Program-made: the position numbers and the translations under genes
Shown: in pieces, positions 55,793 through 64,000 of the stretch
Numbering within the stretch: the stretch's first letter is position 1
Layout: each line of letters starts with the position of its first letter
Notes under the pieces: model-generated
Database searches by the model: none
Told to the model about the DNA's origin: nothing
What the model saw: the letters and a program-made list of their open reading frames with translations, nothing else
Assembly: GCA_038087875.1 (NCBI GenBank)
Contig: JAXLNO010000571.1
Span: forward strand, 188,001-252,000
DNA length: 64,000 bases
DNA from: Malacoraja senta
Taxonomy: Eukaryota
Direction of reading: 5' to 3'

Positions 55793-56803
55793 GCCTCCTC
55801 CATGGCCAGAGTGAAGCTCACCGCAAATTGGAGGAACAGCACTTCATATTTCGCTTGGGTAGTTTACTCCCCAGCAGTATGAACATTGGCTTCTCCAATT
55901 TCAGGTAGTCCTTGCTTTCTCCCTCCTTCCCCTCCCATTCCCAGCTCTCCGCCTCTTCCTTTCTTTTTCCCGACCCCCCCCCCTCCCGACATCAGTCTGA
56001 AGAAGGGTCTCGACCTGAAACGTCGCCTATTCCTTCGCTCCATAGATGCTGCCTCACCCGCTGATTTTCTCCAGCTTTGTCTACCAACGGGATCCCACCA
56101 CTGGCCACATCTTCCCATCTCCTCCCCTGTCGACTTTCCGCAGAGACCGCTCCCTCCGTAACTCCCTGGTCAATTCGTCCCTTCCCACCCAAACCACCCC
56201 CTCTCCTGGCATTTTCCCTTGCAACCGCAGGAAATGCTACACTTGTCGCTTTACCTCCCCCCTTGACTCCATTCAAGGACCCAAGCCGTCTTTTCAGGTG
56301 CGGCAGAGGTTCACCTGCACCTCCAACGTCATCTATTGCATCCGCTGCTCTAGGTGTCAGCTGCTCTACATAGGTGAGACCAAACGTAGGCTTGGCGATC
56401 GCTTTGCCCAACACCTCCGGTCGGTTCGCAATAACCAACCTGATCTCCCGGTGACTCAGCACTTCAACTCCCCATTCCGCATCCGACCTTTCTGTCCTGG
56501 GCCTCCTCCATGGCCAGAGTGAGGCCCACCGTAAATTGGAGGAGCAGCACCTCATATTTTGCTTGGCAGTTTACACCCCAAGCGGTATGAAAATTGACTT
56601 CTCCAATTTCAGGAAGTCCCTGCTTTCTCCTCCGCTTCCCAGCTCTCCCTCAGCCCACTGTCTCCGCCTCATCCTTTCTTCTTCCCACCCCCACGCACCC
56701 TCACATCAGTATGAAGAAGGGTCTCGACCCGAAACGTCGCCTATTTCCTTCGCTCCATAGATGCTGCCTCACCCGCTGAGTTTCTCCAGCATTTTTGTCT
56801 ACC
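55793..56803 (+). mobile_element. Penelope-like retroelement fragment: repeat / GIY-YIG endonuclease / repeat (pseudo-LTR arrangement)
   Basis: ORF 56046-56522 has CNRRKCYTC and NVIYCIRCSRCQLLYIGETKRRLGDRFAQH; ~295-bp direct repeats at 55793-56085 and 56501-56803. Confidence 0.9.
55997..56024 (+). ncRNA. Minimal hammerhead-ribozyme-like core in a Penelope repeat
   Basis: CTGAAGA-A-GGGTC-TC-GACCT-GAAA-C-GTC matches CUGANGA / stem II / GAAA / NUH; helices I and III are very short. Confidence 0.55.
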
Positions 56804-56844
56804 CATTCACACAAGTTCTGTTATCCCACTTTCCTCACCCCCTC

Positions 56845-57800
56845 CCTACACATTAAGGGAAATTTTACAGAGACTAGTTAACCCACAAAACCAATGCGTC
56901 TTTGGGATGTGGGAGGAAACCTACATGCTTGCAGGGAGAATGTGCAAATTCAACACAGACAGTGCCCGAGGACAGGATCGAACACAGATCTCTGGCGTGT
57001 GAGGCAGCAAGTCCACCATCTGTGCCACTATATGTTATTTTCCAACACACAAAAAATTATACGTTGATAACTTTGGTTACTAAACAAAAAGAAACTATCC
57101 ATTTTCAGTCTTAAATCTCTAAGTGACGCTATGTCCCCCTTTACAGCTACTGTATGTTTTAATTCAGTTCAAGACTATGAGGCAGTACATTGGCTATAAA
57201 GTTGCTGCCTAAACTTGCCAGAGACCCGGAATTGATCCTGAATATGGGTGCTGTGTGTATGGAGTTTGCTCGTTTTCCCTTTGATCGCATGGGTTTTCTC
57301 CGGGTGCTCTTGTTTCCTTCCACATTCCAAAGGTGTGCAGGAACCTTTTTCAGACCCAACCCAAAATGTAATATTTTCCTTTTGTCCAGAGATTCTGTCT
57401 GATCTGTTGAGTTACTCCAGCTTTTTGTGTCTATCTTCAGTTTAAACCAGCATCTGCAGTTCCTTCCTACACACACGATACTATACGATAAAACTTTATT
57501 AATCCAAGGAGGGAAATTATGTATTGTGTGTGTGTATAGTTATATATTCATATATAAATATACACTTTTGTTTTCTCGTTTACAACATTGTTTACAAAGT
57601 ACTATGTTTACATATTCTGTTGTGCTGCTGAAAGTAAGGATTTCATTGTTCTAACTGGGACGTGAGAGAATAGAACACTCTTGATTTACATCGCTAATGT
57701 GTGGGATAGAACTAGTGTACGGGTGTCGGTGGTCGGCGTGGACTCGGTGGGCCGAAAGGCCTGTTTCCACGCTGTATCTTTAAATTAAACTAAAAACACT
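56845..57800. mobile_element. Cluster of V-SINE fragments (minus 56845-57030; plus 57180-57345 and 57690-57800) with other nested repeat tails
   Basis: V-core GTATGGAGTTTGCTCGTTTTCCC; tail GGGCCGAAAGGCCTGTTTCCAC...TAAACTAAA. Confidence 0.7.
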
Positions 57801-58999
57801 AAAACCAGAGGAAATCTAAAGAAGGGTCTCGACCCGAAACGTCACCCAATTTCTTCTATCCAGAGATGCTGGCTGCTCCATGTTCCCCCGCACAATTAGA
57901 GCATGGAGTAGTCTTCACCCTACTATAGGTACCCAACCAGACCCAATTAAATTTAAGGTAGCTCTCTTTTTCCCCCAAGCACCCTTTTTTTGCTTAAGTC
58001 CAAGTCAAGAGTCAAGAGAGTTTTATTGTCAAGTGTCCCAGATAGGACAATTAAATTCTTGCTTGCTGCAGCACAACAGAATATGTAAACATAATACAGA
58101 ACAGGAGATAAAAGTTCAATGTGTCTATATACCATAAACTATTATATATATACCATAGACTATAATATAAAATATATATATATAGTCTTTCTTTCGCGCG
58201 TGCGTGCGTGCGTACACACACACACACACCATAGTATATAGACACATTGAATATACACAACATACATATATACACAACAAATAAACAGATAAAATCCAAT
58301 AGGCTGTTATTTCTCAGTTTGGTGGCGGTGGGACCACTCCTATTTAAATTCCATTTCGAGTTTTTTTTGAGGACCAGGAAACCAAGAAGCAAGAGTTACT
58401 CCAGGGAGTTGCTCCAGCGAGTGATTCTGCGTTGGTTTTCAGCGGTCGCGGCGAGGTGGCGACCGCACAGCAATGGCGGCCAGATCTCCCACAATGCAAA
58501 GGGAGGGAGAAAGTGGCCGATGCCAACCAGTTGCAGTGGCAGTGCGCATGTGCAGGGCGGCACATGCGCACAACCACAGCCGATGATGTGCTGGCTAAAG
58601 ATCCTCGCTATAGGATCTTTGGTGCTGGCCGTGGTTGTGCGCATGTGGAGGGGGAAGATGTGCAGGCCGTGGCAGTGCGCATGTGTAAGGCGGCCTGCCG
58701 TGCCGGCGGATGAGGAGCGAGCGGAGAACGAGACCCGGATACAGACACGGATACGGGTGGTGGGCGGAGACGGAGAGTGACAGAGAGAGAGAGAGTGAAA
58801 GAGATAGAGAGGGGGCCCGCTCTGAATTAAACGATAGGTTTCCCGGGTGCTTGCCAAGCCGGGCAAAATGGCATGGCTTTTAGGTTGCCCGGCGGGACTG
58901 TCGGTTGCCATTGGCAACTGGGCAACCGCTAATTTCGAGCCCTGACAAATAAAGTTGTCACATTACTTTGTAATAGATAAAGAGACGCTGTCTTCACCG

Positions 59000-61270
59000 A
59001 GATCCCAGGGTCACTCTCCTCATTAACAGAACGAGTGTTATTGCTAAACTCGATACAGGAGCTCGTTGCAACATTCTGTCGTTATCTGAGCTCCACAGAA
59101 TTCTGATTGCTGAAGTCATGAAACGAACTGCTGCTACGTTACTTCCCTTTGGAGGGGGTGCAGTGCACCCTGTTGGAAGAGTCGAGTTACAGTGCCATCT
59201 AGCGTCACGTGTATACAATCTGAGCTTCTTTATTGTCCGAAAGAAAGTGAGCTCGGCGGTTCATCAACTGTCTACAACACATGGCTCCACTCAACAGTTC
59301 CTGTCACAATACAGAAATCTCTTCGACAACAAGCTTGGCAAGCTTCCCATAAAGTACACAATCACAACCAACCCAGAGGTCCTGCCAGTTGTCCGTCCCC
59401 CACCGGATTCCCCACGCTATGCGGGATCGCGTACAAAAAGAACTCAACAGGATGGAGTCTCGGGGTGTGATTGCTCCCGTTGTTGATTCATCGGACTGGG
59501 TCTCAACCATGGTAGTGGCAACCAAAAAGAACAAGGAAGAAATACAGATATGTATCAATCCCAAAGATTTAAACACTGCCATTAACGACCACACTATCCC
59601 ATGCGCACAGTGAAAGATGTCTCAACACAACAGTATTCTCAGTTCTAGACGCAAAGAGTTCATTCTGGCAGATTCCGTTGGATCACAACTCTCCCAAGCT
59701 AACTACCTTCAGTACACCTTTTGGACGTTACAAATTCCTGGGCATGCCGTTCGGCATAAACACGGCAAGTGTAGTATTTCAGCGTGCCATGGAACAACTA
59801 TTTGCTGGTTACCCATGCTCAATTATTGTTGATGACATTCTCATTGCTGGACAAAATGTCCAAGTACATGACGCAAATTTAAAGAGGGTTCTGGACCGCG
59901 CCAAAGAGATCAACCTCAAGTTTAACCCCCTAGAGTGCAAATTCCGGGTGAGTGAGGTGAACTTCGTGGGTCATGTATTCACCAGTGACGGCCTTATACC
60001 CGATCCATCAAAGATTATTGCAATTAATGAGTTACCAGCACCCATAGATGTGACCAGCCTGCAGAGATTGGTATGGTAAACTATTTGGGAAAATTCATTC
60101 CGAATTTCAGCGAACTATCGGCCCCACTATGCCAGCTAAATCACAAAGATACTGTATGGTTCTGGCATGAACAGCAGCAGAGGACATTCGACACTCTTAA
60201 ACAACAGATGTCTTGTGCCCCCACCCTCACCTATTTCGATGTTAAGCTACCTGTCACACTGACTTGCGATGCCTCCCAGTATGGCTTAGGAGCAGCCTGC
60301 CTTCAAAACAACGGTGACGGCAACAGACCTGTGGCCTATGCCTCTCGCACCATGTCTGATTATATATGTGAGAAGGTAGAGTCCTGTGCGGTGTGCAACA
60401 GTTTGGAACCACTTCAACAAAAGCAGCCACTTCTCTCACACCTGGTTCCCGACCTCCCATGGTCCACAGTGGCAACTGACATTTTTGATTGGCATGGCAA
60501 ACAATACCTGATCCTAGTCGACTCGTACTCCGGATGGTTTGAAATTGATCTACTCCGTAGCCCCACCTCCTCAGCGGTAGTCCAGAAACTGGCACGCCAT
60601 TTCTCTGTCCACGGGGCTCCGTATCAACTAATTTCTGATAATGGCAGTCAATTTACCAGCCAGTACTTCAAAAACTTTGCTACACGCTGGGACTTTCGTC
60701 ATATCAGCAGCAGCCCTGAATACCCACAGTCAAACGGGTTGGCTGAACGTGCTGTCAGGAGTGCCAAACAAGTGATGGAGCGATCCCACAGAGCAGGGCC
60801 AGACATTTTCCTAGACTTGCTCAACCTGCGCAACATTTTTTGTGATATTGTACTGGGCTCATCCACCCAGCGCCCAATGTCAAGACAGACCCGAGCCACA
60901 CTGCCTGTGGCAAAACAGACCATAGAACCGCAAGTTCGCACACCATCCAAAATCCAATCCAAGCTACAACAAAAACGAGACGTTCGAAAAAGATGGTATG
61001 ACAAAATGAGCAGACCAATCCCACCACTATCTAAGGGGCAAGTAGTCCATCTACAAACAGAAAAGGGTCACGGCCGCCTCGGTGTAATATCTTGAACTGC
61101 TCCCAAACCACGTTCATATGCTGACGGCGGCACCTACAGATGTAATAGACAGCATATCCTGCCTGTGAATGAACCAGCGCCATCTCTGCACCATCCCGAC
61201 CGCACAAGCATACTTCCATCCCACTTCTGACACCATGTTGAATGATGAGACCCATGCACGGGAGTAATAA
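59000..61270 (+). mobile_element. Decayed Ty3/Gypsy LTR-retrotransposon pol (PR-RT-RH-IN), no LTRs seen
   Basis: Protease KLDTGARCNILS; RT GRYKFLGMPFG and IVDDILI; RNase H CDASQYGLGA and PVAYASR; integrase LVDSYSGW, ISDNGSQF, SNGLAERAV. Frameshifts and a deletion between RH and IN. Confidence 0.93.
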
Positions 61271-62550
61271 CTCATAGTCTTTATTGTAACACAAGCTGAG
61301 ATAACATTACATGCTATCGTCTCCGTGGCCAGCATCTAGTCTGCTGGTGAGACAGTGATGTGCTATATTAACATTATTAACAATCCAGGGTAGGGATGAA
61401 GATCTGGACTGGACTACATATGGAATGTGCAGCATGCATAATATTTGTGGTGATAGATATAGTAAAGGCAGACTAATATGGTTAATCTACAGTTCAGTTC
61501 AGAACTTGCCTAACTTTCAAGAGATCATTTTCAAAAGTGCAGACAGCATCTTTAATCACTCTTTCCGCAATGTCTAGAAGGAGTAAAAAAACAAGGTTTA
61601 GGAATATATTGTTTAAGCTTGATTTTAAATAAACACATTTGCATTTACGTGGCACCTTTTCAAGATTTCACATTTTGCAATACTCCAGTTGGAAGCGGTG
61701 TATTTTAACTTCTAGTTTGACATTTGTAGTTGATCTTATCTGCTGCACGTTGCCTTTGTGCCATTCTTGTGGTCAACATTACTACTTCCAGCCTAATTGT
61801 CACGTTGATCCTGCTGCCGTGGAATGGTCTGTGAGCAGCAGCCAGTCCTAAGGCAGTGAATCCTGAGATCCTGCCCCAAAGCCATTTTAAAAACTGGATT
61901 TAAATTTAATGGGGGGTTTTTTTTTAATGAAGTTTACATAATAGTTTTAAACTCATTGAAGCCTTTTTTTTCCCTCCAAGACGTTTGATACTATGAGGTT
62001 TTCATCTACTTCAATGAAATAATTAATGATCACTTCTAGATTGGCTTCTAAAGAGTCTTCAACACAGTAAATCTCTATACTTTCTGGATCATCAAATCAT
62101 CAATAGGTTGCTGATAAAGCAGGACTGAAATCGTCTCAGGTTTAATTAGAGCAGGGGTCGGCAACCTTGTTCTGCATAGGGCCCTGGACGCATGTCTGTG
62201 AGCGGATGGCGGGCCACATCTATCACGTGTGCACATGGATCCTGCCCCGGATGGCAGGCATCAAATCACGTGTTCACAAAAGGTAGACAAAAATGCTGGA
62301 GAAACTCAGCGGGTGAGGCAGCCTCATGCAATCCTGCATGTCTCACCCGCTGAGTTTCTCCAGCGTTTTTGTCTGCCTTCGATTTTTCCAGCATCTGCAG
62401 TTCTTTCTTAAATGTGTTCACAGAAGGTGCGCTGCCGTACCGGCGGCTTTGCGCAGGATGCGGTACAGCCAGAGCTCGGGGCGCCCGGATGAGGACAGGG
62501 GAAAGGTCACTCAAACCGGAAAAGGACAAGATGAGAGTTTTAGTAATAGT

Positions 62551-62581
<31 letters not shown>
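62551..62581. repeat. (GATA)n microsatellite
   Basis: Direct inspection. Confidence 0.9.
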
Positions 62582-62583
62582 TA

Positions 62584-63352
62584 CTAGACCAAGTGAGGGT
62601 CCCTGTCACACGGGAGGCCTGGTCCCCCAATGCATCCTGTTCCCCCAATGCAATAATCCACTACTCACCCATAGCCCCCACGGGAGTCCTGGTTCCCCAA
62701 CGCAACACGATCCCCAACGCAATATTCCACCAGTCACCCATACCCCCACGGGAGGCCTGGTGCCCCAACGCAACCCGTTCCCCAAGGCAATATTCCACCA
62801 CTCACCAGTTTCCCCATCGCAACCCGTTCCCCCAATGCAATATTCCACCACTCACCCATAGCCCCCAACTCCGCAGGGGCTGCTCATTTCACCTTATTTA
62901 CCCTCCCTTATTTTAAACTTAAAAACAAATTCAGTGTACTGTGACTTTAAAATATATATTTTTAAATGCACCTTCCCTCCATGCTGTGAGGAATATACTT
63001 GCTCCCAGGAATATAAAAAAGGGATTGCAACATTGCAGGACTGAGTGTCCCGGGATTGCAACATTGTAGCTGGTAGGGTTACAATCCCATTGTGAAGTCA
63101 TAGCTGCAGAGGGAAGATTTTTTTTTTTCTCTCAAATTTGGATTTTCTTAATTAAAAAATGTGAAATAACTTGTGAAATATAACAGCAATCTGAACGAAA
63201 CTTGACATTAACCACTACAGGACAATTGTGAGTAAGGTAGTGCAAAAAAAATTGCACTAGCATGTACTGTTTTGGCGTAGTTCCAGGATCACATATGGAC
63301 AGACAGACAGACAGACCAACAGAAACAAACAAGATGAGAGTTTTAGTAATAT
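62584..63352 (-). mobile_element. Non-autonomous Helitron-like element in a head-to-tail array (neighbouring copy ends at 63354 and ~62553)
   Basis: Minus strand reads GGGACCCA-A-TGGGTCCC-ACTTAGT-CTAG|TATATTACTAAAACTCTCATCTTG; second CTAG|T at 62584; internal ~68-bp repeats at 62610-62870. Confidence 0.75.
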
Positions 63353-64000
63353 ACTAGACTAAGTGGGACCCATTGGGTCCCAGCATCACAGGGGAGGGCT
63401 GGTCCCCCAACGCAATATTCCACCTCTCCACCAATATTGGTGGCTAGTGGGGGGGGGGGGGGGCTTTCTGGAACGCTAGTATGGGTGTTGTGCGCTGAAG
63501 GGACAGGTTTCCAGAAGGCTAGTATAATAATAATAATAATCATTTTATTTACTGGCGCCTTTCTAAAACCCAAGGACACCTTACAATGCATAGAGTCACA
63601 AAAAAAATACAAAACACATAATCTGAATAAATTAAATATAAAAACACCACAGTACACAAATCAAGGACAGAATTCAATTTCAAGAGCACCAAAAGAAAAT
63701 AAGAAACATAATTTGAGGAGAGAGCAGCGGCGACCAATTCGCGCCAGCGTCCACTCTCCCCTCCGACCGCCATCTTGCACACAGACTAACAGGCACAGCA
63801 CACAAAATCATCCCCCCACAATGACCACCACTGTGGGGGAAGGCACAATGTCCAGTCCCCAACCCAGTTCTCCCCAGAGTCAGGCCCAATGAGGCCTCCA
63901 CAGTTGCCTCTACGGAGGCCCAATGTTCCTGGCCGTCGGGAAAGTCCTCGCAGCGGCTGGAACGGCCGGTTTCCCGACGGAGTCGATGGCACCTGAAGCC

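Larger units (their letters stand above)
55497..58944. mobile_element. hAT-like TIR element (3448 bp, 5-bp TSD ACAAA) containing nested retroelements
   Basis: CAGGGCTCTAGCTTAAC ... GCTAATTTCGAGCCCTG; multiple subterminal GGCAAC/GTTGCC motifs at both ends; ACAAA at 55492-55496 and 58945-58949. Confidence 0.8.

Noticed and set aside
58247..58917. Overlapping 173-177 aa ORFs on both strands
   Set aside because: GC-rich transposon interior with few stops; no recognisable protein motif.
60073..61095. 340-aa ORF as a domesticated integrase gene
   Set aside because: It is part of a frameshifted Gypsy pol with a deletion fusing truncated RNase H to integrase; no sign of independent gene structure.
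62610..62870. Regularly spaced repeats as a CRISPR-like array
   Set aside because: They are degenerate tandem units without unique spacers inside a Helitron-like element; eukaryotic context, no cas genes.
53185..64000. FBXO36 exon 2 (expected to resemble VIFRWWKISLR)
   Set aside because: I could not find it by eye; it probably lies beyond the right edge.

Overview
Eukaryotic, AT-rich, repeat-dense vertebrate DNA. The repeat families (CR1/HER1-type LINEs, V-SINEs, Penelope fragments) suggest a cartilaginous fish, probably a skate or ray; this is inference. The window holds the 5' part of TRIP12 (HECT E3 ubiquitin ligase) on the minus strand: 11 coding exons between 20441 and 916, continuing off the left edge, with a ~32 kb first intron. 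It sits head-to-head, across a CpG-rich promoter (~51.3-53.3 kb), with the first coding exon of FBXO36 (+, 53089-53184). The rest is intronic and contains CR1 and Rex1/Babar LINEs, V-SINEs, three Tc1 relics, several non-autonomous TIR transposons with unusual 5-7 bp target-site duplications (TSDs), non-autonomous Helitrons, a Penelope fragment and a decayed Ty3/Gypsy pol. Most notable: three clustered frame-breaking insertions in one TRIP12 exon, with a possible in-frame rescue donor; a GC-AG intron and an overlapping uORF at the TRIP12 start; minimal hammerhead-ribozyme motifs in Penelope-derived repeats; and inverted CR1 copies around a cassette-type exon. Homology calls come from recalled protein sequences, not database searches, and repeat boundaries are approximate. 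No prokaryotic-type system such as CRISPR is present.
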